DNA of 64,000 nucleotides from Candidatus Lindowbacteria bacterium RIFCSPLOWO2_12_FULL_62_27 (GTDB taxonomy: Bacteria; Lindowbacteria; 2-12-FULL-62-27). Positions 1-9,660 of the stretch are shown here, one piece after another. The translations under genes and the position numbers were made by a program. The notes below the pieces were generated by a model. That model saw only the letters and a program-made list of their open reading frames with translations. It had not been told where the DNA came from and searched no databases. The stretch covers positions 1-64,000 of the forward strand of contig MFPR01000030.1 in NCBI GenBank assembly GCA_001784175.1, written 5' to 3'. Position 1 is the first letter of the stretch; each line of letters opens with the position of its first letter.

Positions 1-420
1 CGGCAAGGTCGAGGTCGCCGTCGTTGTCGTAATCGCCCCACTGGATGGAACTGTAAATCACCCCCGCGTTGGCGCCCATCGGCTCGGCCACGTTCGTGAA
101 ACTTCCGCCGCCGTTGTTCCGATAGATGATCAATCGTCTGTTTGAGCTCCAATCAACTCCCGACACGGCAAGGTCGAGGTCGCCGTCGTTGTCGTAATCG
201 CCCCACTGGATGGAACTGTAAATCACCCCAGCGTTGGCACCCATCGGCTCGGCCACGTTCGTAAAACTTCCGCCGCCATCGTTCCGATAGATGATCAATC
301 GGTTGTTTGCGACGTCAGATCCCGACACGGCAAGGTCGAGGTCGCCGTCGTTGTCGTAATCGCCCCACTGGATGGAACTCTGAAACACCCCCACGCTGGC
401 GCCCATCGGCTCGGCAGCGT
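1..420 (-). repeat. Second FG-GAP repeat array (3 units visible, continues off the left edge)
   Basis: Same ~160-bp unit as 5200-6310 (cccgacacggcaaggtcgaggtcgccgtcgttgtcgtaatcgccccactggatggaa). Confidence 0.9.
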
Positions 421-3400
421 TGGTCCACGCGGACGGCTTGGCGCCGGCGATGGAGTCGGAGTAGAAACTTTCATTCGGAAACGCCGCGCCGTCCCGGGCG
501 GTCACGCGGTAGTAGTATGTCGGCCCAAACGTCATTCCCGAATCCGTCAGCGCCGCGCCCGTGGGCGTGCCGACCAGCGTCCAGCTTGACGTGTCGGCCG
601 TCGTCGCGCGATACACGCGATACTGCGCCACCGCCGGCGACCCCGCGACGCCTTCCTCGTTCGCCGTCACCGCCGCCCACGTCAATAGCACCGTCCCCGC
701 CCCAGCGGTCGCGCTCGCCGACACCGTGTCAGGCGCCTTCGGGGCGGTCGTGTCGGCGCCGGGTCCGGTATCGACAGCACCCAGGCGATAGGGCTGGAAC
801 TTGACGAGCTTGCCTGTTGCCGTGTCAAAAATCATTTTGTTGATGGCCAAAGAGTCGGTCGTGTTCCAGTAGTTGCGGGTGAAATCGAATGCGTTGTTTG
901 TGCCGTTGTATACTCCGCTATCGGGATTGGTTGTCGATGGTTTGATGTTGTTCTTCTGTACCGTGTCTGAGGAGGACAAGCCGATGATGTAAATCTGATA
1001 CTGGACGTTGGAGTCCAGGGTGTTTTGGACTACCGCATTGTTCGAACTCCATGACAGACCTATCCCGTGGGACGAATTCGATTTAACGGTGTTATTGCTC
1101 ATCACGTTGCTCGAACTCGAATTAAGATAAATGCCGTATGTCAAATTCAAATTTGTGGTGTTATTACCCACCACGTTAGTCGTACTCGCATCCAGATAGA
1201 TGCCGTTGGACGTATTCAAATTGGCCGTGTTGTTGCTTACCGTATTGCTGTTTGAACCCGAAGTTAGACGGATACCATCCCCATTCGAATTGATCGTGTT
1301 GTTGGTCACTGTGTTGTTTGAACACGAAATAGTCAGATATATACCGATCGCATTTGAATTGGCCGTGTTACTGCCTACTGTGTTGTTTGAACTCGAAGTC
1401 AGATAGATGCCGCTGTACGAATTCAAATTGGCGGTGTTGTCACTTATGGTATTAGTGTCGGAATTAGCTCGGAGATAAATCCCAATATCTCCGCAGCCCC
1501 CGGTGCTGTCCTGCGTGATCGTAGAAAGATCGACATTGTAGAGATGTATGCCATCGTACGCTCCAGTCAGCCCGATATTTTTGATCACAATCCCCTTCTG
1601 TGTATCGGCGTAGATGCCGTACAGCCCGCTCGTCGAATTCGCCCCCGGCGGGTCGATTACGGTTGCGTTCGAGTCCTTGCCAATCAAGCTGATGTAGTCT
1701 GTGTCGATGACGACTGTCTCGGAATAGAGGCCCGCATCGATGTAGATGGTGTCGCCGGATTTGGCCGTGCTCAAAGCTTTTGTGATCGTAAAGAAGGGTC
1801 TCGATTTGGACCCATCGCCATACCATGTGTCTGTTCCACCCGTGTAAGTGAAGGAATCCGATGAAGTCCGCGTGTCGTTGACGTACCAGACAGGGCCAGC
1901 ATAGGCAGGGCTGACAAAGCCGAATTTCGTATCTGTAAAAAATGACTCATTAACAAACGTCGCACCATCGATAGAGGTCAGCCGGTAATAGTAAGTATCA
2001 CCGCCTGAAGCACCCGTGTCCGACCAAGATGTGTCAGTAGTACTACTAATTCTTACCAGATTATTACTGTTCGCCCAATGTGTTGTATCTGGCGTATTCT
2101 TTATTCGATAGATCTTCGTACCCACATATCCCACTGACCCGCCGTTTGTCTCCTCATTGATCACAGGGATTACCCAAGAGAGTTTGATCTGCTCGGAAGC
2201 GCTCGCCTCTAGAAATACGTTAATAGGAGGCAAAGGTGCGGTCGTGTCTGCTCCAACGGCCGTATCAACTATTGCTAATCGGTAAGGTCTGAAATTAATC
2301 TTCTTCGGCACGGCACTGTCATAAATCATCCTATTTATAGCTAATTCGTCCGTCGTGCCCCACCAGTTTGTTGGGAAATTATGCGAGTTATTCGTATTAT
2401 TGAGAACACCGCTGTCGGGATATGTGGACGACGATTTAATATTATTCTTAGTGAATGTATCCGAGAAAGAGCCACCGGAGATAAAGACTTGGTATTTGAA
2501 ATTGGATAGAATGTCATTCTGAATGAATTGATTGCTATTAGAGCTAGTTTGTAATGCGACACCATGAATTGAATTCAAAGCCAGGATGTTGTTAGAGAAA
2601 CGATTATAGTTACAATAGGAGGTGAGATATATTCCATATGCATTCGAATTAGACACGTTATTAATAACGACGTTTCCCGTGCAATTAGTCGTAAGTTGGA
2701 GGCCGGCCGAAGCATTAGAATTACAGATATTGTTGGCTATTGTATTGTTCTGGCTAGTAACAATAGTAATTCCGGCGGAATTATTTGAGGATATCGTATT
2801 ATTTCTAACTGTATTGTTATTGGAGTTTGATTGGATTTCTATACCGTCTTGAGTGTTAAACGAGATAATGCTCGAACTGATTTCATTCGTATCACATCCA
2901 TTGTAAAGCCAAATGCCGTAGAAACTATTTGAGCATATGCTGTCGCCCGTAATCGTAGAAAGATCAACGCTATCAAACTGTATCCCGTGATATGCGCCCG
3001 TGATACCAAGATTTTTAATAAGCAATCCTTTACGACCGATGGAATATATACCGATTGAGAATGACCCTGGCGGGTTAATGACAGTCGATAATGAATCCTT
3101 TCCTATGAGACTAATGTAATCCGTATCGATCGTAACTGTCTCGCCGTATAGTCCAACATCAACAATAATAGTGTCGCCAGATTTGGCCGCGCTCAACGCT
3201 TTTGTAATTGTCAAATAAGGCGTGCCCCTGCTTCCATTTCCAGTGGCATCAGAGCCTGTTGAAGTCGTAAAACTATCTGTCGATGATGAATACGTATCAT
3301 TTACAAACCACACGGTTCTTGTAGCTAATATAGAAGCAGTGTCTGTATTGAAGAATGATTGATTGACTCTCGTCGCGGCATCGAACGATGTGATGCGGTA

Positions 3401-6400
3401 ATAATATGCATTACCCAGCGTAACCGTTGTGTCAGTCCATGTCGTCTCTGTTGAATTTGTCGTCCGGACCAAATTGACACTATTTGCCCAGTTGGACGTG
3501 TCAGTCTGATTTTTTATGCGATAGATTTTTGTACCAGTATACCCTATTGAGCCGCCATTTGTTTCCTCTGTTGCGGTCGGTAGAATCCACGTCAAAATTG
3601 GATACCCGTCCTGCAATTTTGTAATTGTCAAATTAGTAGGTGTTGCGGGGGCTGTTGTATCCGAACCGGAAGACGTATCTATTAGACCCAGTCGATACGG
3701 TGAAAATGTACCTGCCGTATCGCTAAATTTTGATTTGATCGCAACTTCATCTGTCGTTCCCCACCAATTTCTGTAAACTGGTTGTCCCATTCCGGCCTGA
3801 TTATAGAAATTGCTAACATTATTGCTGTATATGTTATTTTTGGAAATAGTATTATTCGATGACGATATGCGAAGCCAGATTCCGGTATCATTATTTGATA
3901 TTTCGTTTTCGGATATAAAATTCGTATCACAAAACTGATACAGTGCTATGCCAGCCCGTCTGTTAGACAGAATCTTATTGCGCAATAAAAGATGGTTAAA
4001 GCATGAAGAAAAATAGATTCCGAATAGGGAATTGGAATCTACTATGTTATCACTTATGACATTGTCCGATGATGAACTAATCAAAATGCCCGTATTGTTA
4101 TTTGAATAACAGCGATTGCGGCTAATTTTGCTCCCATTCGATGAAATTACATAAACGCCATAGTTCGAATTTAGATTGGCGGTGTTATCGATTATCGTTG
4201 TATTTGTACAAGAATTAAGGAATATGCCTTCAAGATTTGAATTGGCAGTTACATTATTGATTGTATTATTCGAGCTGTAGAACATCTCGATCCCGCGATA
4301 ATTTGATAATGTATTTAGACGGCTTAGTGTATTTGAATCACTCCGGCCAAAATGAATTGCCGCGCCGTTGCCGTTGAATAAATCAATACTGTCATTAGTA
4401 ATTGTTGAATAAGAGACATTATCAAAGTATATGCCGTGGTTCGCTCCTATAATACCCAAGTTTTTTATTAAAAGACCTATTTGAGTATCGGCATATACGC
4501 CATAGTAACCTGTAACAGTATTCGGACCGGGCGGATCAATTATTGTCGATGAGGAATCTTTTCCTATAATACTCAGATAGTCGGTGTCAATTCGCAACGC
4601 TGACGTCTCCAACCCCGGGCTTATTTCAACATAGGTATCATTAAACAATCCAGCATCGACATAGATTGTATCTCCGGATTTGGCTTTTTGGAGGGCCTTG
4701 GCTGGTGAACGGAATGGTTTCGAGACCGAACCGTCGCCCGCTGTGTCAGAGCCGGCCGAGTAAGTGTAGGAATCTGACGCTGTGTACATGTCATTGACAA
4801 ACCATCCGGGGCCTGAATAGGGAGCGGTAATAGTGAACGTTTCCTCCGGCGCCCACGCCGACCGCATCATGCCACCGTCGACGGCCTGGATGGACCAGTA
4901 GTATGTTCCACCGCCAAGGTTGCGAATCAGATACGCCGACGTGTCGTTCTGGGCGTTGCCAAGGATGGTATGGCCAACCGAGTCGGCACTGTTGGTATCA
5001 GCGGCGATAATGTCGGACTTGCCCGGCGCGGAGCCGACGCGCAGGTTGTACGTCATGCCGGTGTCGGGCGTCGTGTCGGTTGAGACTTTCGTCCAGCGAA
5101 ACGTCACGGTGTCGCCCTGGGCGAACGCCGCGCCTTTGGGCGTGTCAGTCACCGGCGCGGCCGGCCGGACATTGGCCGAGGCAATGGTGTCGCTCCGGTA
5201 GAGGATCAATCGGTAGAGTGAGCCAGTATATCCCGACACGGCAAGGTCGAGGTCGCCGTCGTTGTCATAATCGCCCCACTGGATGGAACTCTGATACACC
5301 CCCGCGTTGGTGCCCATCGGCTCGGCCACGCTGGTGAAACTTCCGCCGCCATCGTTCCGATAGATGATCAATCGGTAGTTCAGACTGCCATCTCGTCCCG
5401 ACACGGCAAGGTCGAGGTCGCCGTCGTTGTCGTAATCGCCCCACTGGATGGAGCTGAACCAGACCCCCGCGTTGGCACCCATCGGCTCGGCCACGTTCGT
5501 GAAACTTCCGCCGCCGTCGTTCCGATAGATGATCAATCGCCTGCTTCCGTCATATCCCGACACGGCAAGGTCGAGGTCGCCGTCGTTGTCGTAATCGCCC
5601 CACTGGATGGAACCTTCCCGCACCCCCGCGTTGGCGCCCATCGGCTCGGCCACGTTCGTGAAACTTCCGCCGCCGTTGTTCCGATAGATGATCAATCGTT
5701 TGGCCGCGCTGTTATCAAGTCCCGACACGGCAAGGTCGAGGTCGCCGTCGTTGTCATAATCGCCCCACTGGATGGAACTCTGATACACCCCCGCGTTGGT
5801 GCCCATCGGCTCGGCCACGCTGGTGAAACTTCCGCCGCCATCGTTCCGATAGATGATCAATCGGTTGTTTGCGCCGTTATCAATTGTTCCCGACACGGCA
5901 AGGTCGAGGTCGCCGTCGTTGTCGTAATCGCCCCACTGGATGGAACTCCAATCCACCCCCGCGTTGGCGCCCATCGGCTCGGCCACGTTCGTGAAACTTC
6001 CGCCGCCGTTGTTCCGATAAATGATCAATCGTTTGTTCCCGCTGCCATCCTGTCCCGACACGGCAAGGTCGAGGTCGCCGTCGTTGTCGTAATCGCCCCA
6101 CTGGATGGAACTCAAATACACACCCGCGTTCGCGCCCATCGGCTCCGCCACGTTCGTGAAACTTCCGCCGCCGTTGTTCCGATAGATGATCAATCGGTTG
6201 GTTGTGCCGTCAAATCCCGACACGGCAAGGTCGAGGTCGCCGTCGTTGTCGTAATCGCCCCACTGGATGGAACTGTAATGCACCCCCGCGTTGGCGCCCA
6301 TGGGTTCTGTGTCTTTGGTGAACCCCGACGGCTTGGCGTTGACGACGGAGTCGGAGTAGAAACTTTCGTTCGGAAACGCCGCCCCGTCCCGCGCGGTCAC

Positions 6401-8131
6401 GCGGTAGTAGTACGTCACGCCGAGCGTGCCGGTGTTGTCTGTGTAGGACGTGCTCGCGCTGTTACCGAGATACGTCCAACTCGACGTCTCGGAAACCGTC
6501 GCGCGATACACGCGATACTGCGCCACCGCCGGCGACCCTGCCACGCCCTCCTCATTCGCCGTCACCGCCGACCATGTCACAAGCACCGTCCCCGCGCCCG
6601 CCGCCGCGCTCGCCGCCACCGTGTCCGGCGCTTTGGGCGCGGTCGTGTCGGCGCCGGCGGCGGTGTCGACATGGCCGAGACGGAACGGTTGCCAGATCAC
6701 GGAATCACCGTTCGATTCCTGGAAGATCATCTTCTTGATTCGCCCCGTGTCGGTCGAGTTCCAATAGTTGCGGGTGAAGGTGAATTTGTTGGTAGTAACT
6801 GTCGACGCATTGTACACCCCGCTGTCGGGATTGGTCGTTGAGGTCTTGATGTTGTTCTTCTGCACCGTGTCAGAGGAGGACGTGCCGTAGATATAAATCT
6901 GGTACTTGACGTTGGAGTCCATGGTGTTTTGAACCATCGTGTTGCTCGAACTCGAATATAGAGAGATGCCGTAGATCAAATTCGAACTGGCCATGTTGTT
7001 GCTCACCGTGTTGCTCGAACTCGCATCCAGATAGATACCGTAGAACGAATTCGAACTGACAGTGTTATTGCCCACCGTGTTGCTCGAACTCGACTGCAGT
7101 AGAATGCCGTGGGCTGAATTCGAACTGGCCGTGTTGTTGCTCACCGTGTTGCTCGAACTCCCATTCAGATAGATGCCCTCGCCCGAATTCGAACTGGCTG
7201 TATTGTTGCTCACCGTGTTACTCGAGCTCGAATTCAGAGAAATGCCGTCGTCCAAATTCGAACTGGCCGTGTTGTTGCTCACCGTGTTGCTCGAACTCGA
7301 AGTTAGATGGATGCCGCGGTTCGAATTCAAACTGGCCGTGTTGTTGCTCACCGTGTTGCTTGAACTCGCATCCAGAAAGATGCCGTACGAATTCGAACTG
7401 GCCGTGTTGTTGATGATCGTGTTGGTGTCCGAATTGACACGAAGATATATACCGACGTTGCCGCAGGAGCTTACGCTGTCGCCTTCGATTCTGGAGTTGT
7501 CCACGTTGTGGAAATGTATCCCGTCGTAGGCGCCGGTCACGACGAGGGTTTTGATCGTGATGCCTGTTTGCGTATCGGCATAAATGCCGTATAGTCCGCT
7601 CGTCGAATTCGCCCCTGGCGGGTCGATCACCGTCGCGTTTGAGTCCTTACCGATCAGAGCGATATAATCCGTGTCGATCACGACGGTCTCGGAGTAGACG
7701 CCGGCGTCGATGAAGATGGTGTCACCGGCCTTGGCTTTTTTCAGGGCCCTCGTGATGGTCAGAAACGGCCGGGATTTTGAGCCGTCGCCGTACCAAGTGT
7801 CGTGGCCGCCGGCGTGGGTGAAGGAGTCCGAGGCGGTGCGCGCATCGTTCACAAACCAGACGGGTCCAGCGTAATCATCGTACAGGAGAGTATGGATATA
7901 GCCGCCCTTCATGATATTTGAATCGCCGGACATGGTGTCCGACGCGGCCTGGCCGACGCTGGCGAACATGACGAAATCGGTAGAAACGCCCGAGTCGATG
8001 CCGGCGTCGATGTTGGAGGTGCGGATGACGAAGTCAGATGAGGACATTGACAGGGCCATGCCAGCCGAGCATGTGACGCTGAAGATGAAAATGCTGACGA
8101 CAAGGATTCTGAGCGGTGTTCCTGTCCTCAT
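1..8131 (-). CDS. Giant secreted surface protein, 3' end outside window (>2,700 aa): signal peptide, four parallel beta-helix (NosD-like)+FN3 modules, FG-GAP/VCBS beta-propellers
   Basis: ATG at 8131 (MRTGTPLRILVVSIFIFSVTCSAGMALS...). The same frame is in register at base 2-4, and the ORF track lists no closed ORF in it. Motifs: (G/T)xxW(F/Y)VND...GDGS..PF.TI..AL four times; GIxLxxSSSNTVSNNTASSN beta-helix repeats; YYYR(V/I/L)T FN3 ends; WGDYDNDGDLDLAVSG FG-GAP repeats. Confidence 0.9.
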   Translation of the reverse strand, partial: MRTGTPLRILVVSIFIFSVTCSAGMALSMSSSDFVIRTSNIDAGIDSGVSTDFVMFASVGQAASDTMSGDSNIMKGGYIHTLLYDDYAGPVWFVNDARTASDSFTHAGGHDTWYGDGSKSRPFLTITRALKKAKAGDTIFIDAGVYSETVVIDTDYIALIGKDSNATVIDPPGANSTSGLYGIYADTQTGITIKTLVVTGAYDGIHFHNVDNSRIEGDSVSSCGNVGIYLRVNSDTNTIINNTASSNSYGIFLDASSSNTVSNNTASLNSNRGIHLTSSSSNTVSNNTASSNLDDGISLNSSSSNTVSNNTASSNSGEGIYLNGSSSNTVSNNTASSNSAHGILLQSSSSNTVGNNTVSSNSFYGIYLDASSSNTVSNNMASSNLIYGISLYSSSSNTMVQNTMDSNVKYQIYIYGTSSSDTVQKNNIKTSTTNPDSGVYNASTVTTNKFTFTRNYWNSTDTGRIKKMIFQESNGDSVIWQPFRLGHVDTAAGADTTAPKAPDTVAASAAAGAGTVLVTWSAVTANEEGVAGSPAVAQYRVYRATVSETSSWTYLGNSASTSYTDNTGTLGVTYYYRVTARDGAAFPNESFYSDSVVNAKPSGFTKDTEPMGANAGVHYSSIQWGDYDNDGDLDLAVSGFDGTTNRLIIYRNNGGGSFTNVAEPMGANAGVYLSSIQWGDYDNDGDLDLAVSGQDGSGNKRLIIYRNNGGGSFTNVAEPMGANAGVDWSSIQWGDYDNDGDLDLAVSGTIDNGANNRLIIYRNDGGGSFTSVAEPMGTNAGVYQSSIQWGDYDNDGDLDLAVSGLDNSAAKRLIIYRNNGGGSFTNVAEPMGANAGVREGSIQWGDYDNDGDLDLAVSGYDGSRRLIIYRNDGGGSFTNVAEPMGANAGVWFSSIQWGDYDNDGDLDLAVSGRDGSLNYRLIIYRNDGGGSFTSVAEPMGTNAGVYQSSIQWGDYDNDGDLDLAVSGYTGSLYRLILYRSDTIASANVRPAAPVTDTPKGAAFAQGDTVTFRWTKVSTDTTPDTGMTYNLRVGSAPGKSDIIAADTNSADSVGHTILGNAQNDTSAYLIRNLGGGTYYWSIQAVDGGMMRSAWAPEETFTITAPYSGPGWFVNDMYTASDSYTYSAGSDTAGDGSVSKPFRSPAKALQKAKSGDTIYVDAGLFNDTYVEISPGLETSALRIDTDYLSIIGKDSSSTIIDPPGPNTVTGYYGVYADTQIGLLIKNLGIIGANHGIYFDNVSYSTITNDSIDLFNGNGAAIHFGRSDSNTLSRLNTLSNYRGIEMFYSSNNTINNVTANSNLEGIFLNSCTNTTIIDNTANLNSNYGVYVISSNGSKISRNRCYSNNNTGILISSSSDNVISDNIVDSNSLFGIYFSSCFNHLLLRNKILSNRRAGIALYQFCDTNFISENEISNNDTGIWLRISSSNNTISKNNIYSNNVSNFYNQAGMGQPVYRNWWGTTDEVAIKSKFSDTAGTFSPYRLGLIDTSSGSDTTAPATPTNLTITKLQDGYPILTWILPTATEETNGGSIGYTGTKIYRIKNQTDTSNWANSVNLVRTTNSTETTWTDTTVTLGNAYYYRITSFDAATRVNQSFFNTDTASILATRTVWFVNDTYSSSTDSFTTSTGSDATGNGSRGTPYLTITKALSAAKSGDTIIVDVGLYGETVTIDTDYISLIGKDSLSTVINPPGSFSIGIYSIGRKGLLIKNLGITGAYHGIQFDSVDLSTITGDSICSNSFYGIWLYNGCDTNEISSSIISFNTQDGIEIQSNSNNNTVRNNTISSNNSAGITIVTSQNNTIANNICNSNASAGLQLTTNCTGNVVINNVSNSNAYGIYLTSYCNYNRFSNNILALNSIHGVALQTSSNSNQFIQNDILSNFKYQVFISGGSFSDTFTKNNIKSSSTYPDSGVLNNTNNSHNFPTNWWGTTDELAINRMIYDSAVPKKINFRPYRLAIVDTAVGADTTAPLPPINVFLEASASEQIKLSWVIPVINEETNGGSVGYVGTKIYRIKNTPDTTHWANSNNLVRISSTTDTSWSDTGASGGDTYYYRLTSIDGATFVNESFFTDTKFGFVSPAYAGPVWYVNDTRTSSDSFTYTGGTDTWYGDGSKSRPFFTITKALSTAKSGDTIYIDAGLYSETVVIDTDYISLIGKDSNATVIDPPGANSTSGLYGIYADTQKGIVIKNIGLTGAYDGIHLYNVDLSTITQDSTGGCGDIGIYLRANSDTNTISDNTANLNSYSGIYLTSSSNNTVGSNTANSNAIGIYLTISCSNNTVTNNTINSNGDGIRLTSGSNSNTVSNNTANLNTSNGIYLDASTTNVVGNNTTNLNLTYGIYLNSSSSNVMSNNTVKSNSSHGIGLSWSSNNAVVQNTLDSNVQYQIYIIGLSSSDTVQKNNIKPSTTNPDSGVYNGTNNAFDFTRNYWNTTDSLAINKMIFDTATGKLVKFQPYRLGAVDTGPGADTTAPKAPDTVSASATAGAGTVLLTWAAVTANEEGVAGSPAVAQYRVYRATTADTSSWTLVGTPTGAALTDSGMTFGPTYYYRVTARDGAAFPNESFYSDSIAGAKPSAWTNAAEPMGASVGVFQSSIQWGDYDNDGDLDLAVSGSDVANNRLIIYRNDGGGSFTNVAEPMGANAGVIYSSIQWGDYDNDGDLDLAVSGVDWSSNRRLIIYRNNGGGSFTNVAEPMGANAGVIYSSIQWGDYDNDGDLDLA
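5200..6310 (-). repeat. Seven tandem ~160-170 bp near-identical repeats encoding a 7-bladed FG-GAP propeller
   Basis: Seven copies of EPMGANAGV-xx-SSIQWGDYDNDGDLDLAVSG-(variable)-RLIIYRNxGGGSFT. Segments 5231-5376 and 5720-5865 are identical. Confidence 0.95.
6930..7420 (-). repeat. ~66-69 bp tandem repeats encoding beta-helix turns
   Basis: Recurrent gaactggccgtgttgttgctcaccgtgttgctcgaactc; protein GIxLxxSSSNTVSNNTASSN, about 7 copies. Confidence 0.9.
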
Positions 8132-8195
8132 GAACGCCAACTCTTTTGTGGATGCAGGCGAGCGTACACGTGCGCGTTCCACCGGTCGTCGATCA

Positions 8196-9629
8196 CTATT
8201 TCAGGTATCCATTAATGGTAATACCACTTGCGGTACTTGATTTGACGACTCCTCCGGCAGGGACAAATATTGGTAACGCCAATGTCAGAGTGGACGCCTC
8301 CCTGTCTTCGGCTGTTCCAACACTCGAATAAGCTGTGTTCCAGATTCCCTCCGCAAGTGTGTAGATCGACCCGCCGACCGTGAATTGCAAACTCGACCCG
8401 CTCGGACAATAAGCTTGCGATACAATCAGGAGTTTTCCTGTGGGAACCGTATAATTCACAGAGGACGTCACAGATTCTAAAATGACACTGACACCAGATG
8501 AAACCAAAAAGCCATTTATCGTGAAGGTATCAGTCGTACTTGTTTTAACTACGGCGGCTGCCGGTAGGATTATTGGTTGCGAGAGCGTAAGATTATTCAA
8601 TCCAATGGCGTTTGAAGAGTTGCTTAAAAAATCCCCTTTATTCCAGCCAGCCGAGCCATAAATGTCTAAAATCGTGTAGGTACTTGCACCGATGGTTACT
8701 TGCAATGTTGCAGCCGCCACATTGGAGTAGACCTGCGTGACATAAAGCGTTTTACCGGTGGGGACTGTGTAATTGACCAGCGAGGAAACCTGGGAAAAAA
8801 CGGGTGTCATGCCAATTGTTCCGTCCGGGAAGCGCAGGTCACCGCCCCCTCCGATAATCGTCCCATCAGATTTTTCGAACGTGTCGGCTTTGACCGTGCC
8901 CGATACGTGCAAAGTGGCCGTAGGTGTATCTGTCCCAACGCCCACGTAACCAGATGTGTCGATCAACATCCGCGTCACGCCTGCGTCTTCATCTTCAACT
9001 GAAAACGATCCGGGTTTCTTGGACGAACCCGTCCCCGCCGACCGCATATTCCATTTCCGGCCACCGGCAGATGAGTTGCTAACCTGCACGTACACGTCCG
9101 CCCCGTTGTTTGCGACGGTCAAATTTCTACCGGGACTGGATGTGCCGATGCCGACATACCCGTTGTCCTTGACGACCAGCGCAGTGTCCTTCACTGTTAA
9201 CGTGTCTTTGACCGTAAACGATCCCGATGCCTGTGCCGAGCCGGCCAAAAACGCCGCCGTATCCGCATAGAGGGCATAGGGGGACGCCAACAGTTTTCGC
9301 CGCGGCGTCATCTCCGCGTTGCCGGCGATGGAAACGCCCAACCAATACTGCGTGTCAAACGCCAATGTCAATGGCGTGACACTGCCCAGTTCGACATCAA
9401 ACACGCCGCTTGTGATAGATACCGAAGACTGGGCTTCCGTCCACAGTGAAGACCCGCCTGAGGGAACATTATACATTCTAAATGTCATGGAGTAGTTGCC
9501 CTGCAGGCGGACTCCGTTGGTATCTGTCAGTTGACCTTGAAAAGAAATTAGACGCGGCGCGTTGGCGTAGGCCGGAATTGCAATAAAAAAAAGGACCAGA
9601 ATGCAACAAACCACGTTTCTCAATATCAT
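8196..9629 (-). CDS. Secreted tail-fibre-like protein (477 aa)
   Basis: Signal peptide; APRLISFQGQLTD N-domain; GYVGIGT..P repeats typical of fibre proteins; duplicated C-terminal NYTVPTGK module; SD GGAGGAGG upstream. Confidence 0.75.
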   Translation of the reverse strand: MILRNVVCCILVLFFIAIPAYANAPRLISFQGQLTDTNGVRLQGNYSMTFRMYNVPSGGSSLWTEAQSSVSITSGVFDVELGSVTPLTLAFDTQYWLGVSIAGNAEMTPRRKLLASPYALYADTAAFLAGSAQASGSFTVKDTLTVKDTALVVKDNGYVGIGTSSPGRNLTVANNGADVYVQVSNSSAGGRKWNMRSAGTGSSKKPGSFSVEDEDAGVTRMLIDTSGYVGVGTDTPTATLHVSGTVKADTFEKSDGTIIGGGGDLRFPDGTIGMTPVFSQVSSLVNYTVPTGKTLYVTQVYSNVAAATLQVTIGASTYTILDIYGSAGWNKGDFLSNSSNAIGLNNLTLSQPIILPAAAVVKTSTTDTFTINGFLVSSGVSVILESVTSSVNYTVPTGKLLIVSQAYCPSGSSLQFTVGGSIYTLAEGIWNTAYSSVGTAEDREASTLTLALPIFVPAGGVVKSSTASGITINGYLK

Positions 9630-9660
9630 CTACAACCTCCTCCTCGGGATGCCGGATTCA

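Noticed and set aside
5200-6310. CRISPR array (repeats with variable inserts)
   Set aside because: Constant parts are ~60-80 bp, variable parts only 6-24 bp and always in frame within one ORF; no cas genes.
1-8131. Diversity-generating retroelement target
   Set aside because: No reverse transcriptase or template repeat in the window. Variable codons are not restricted to NNY and show length changes, unlike adenine-specific mutagenesis.
307-8240. Many short ORF-track calls on both strands
   Set aside because: Shadows of the single minus-strand giant ORF.
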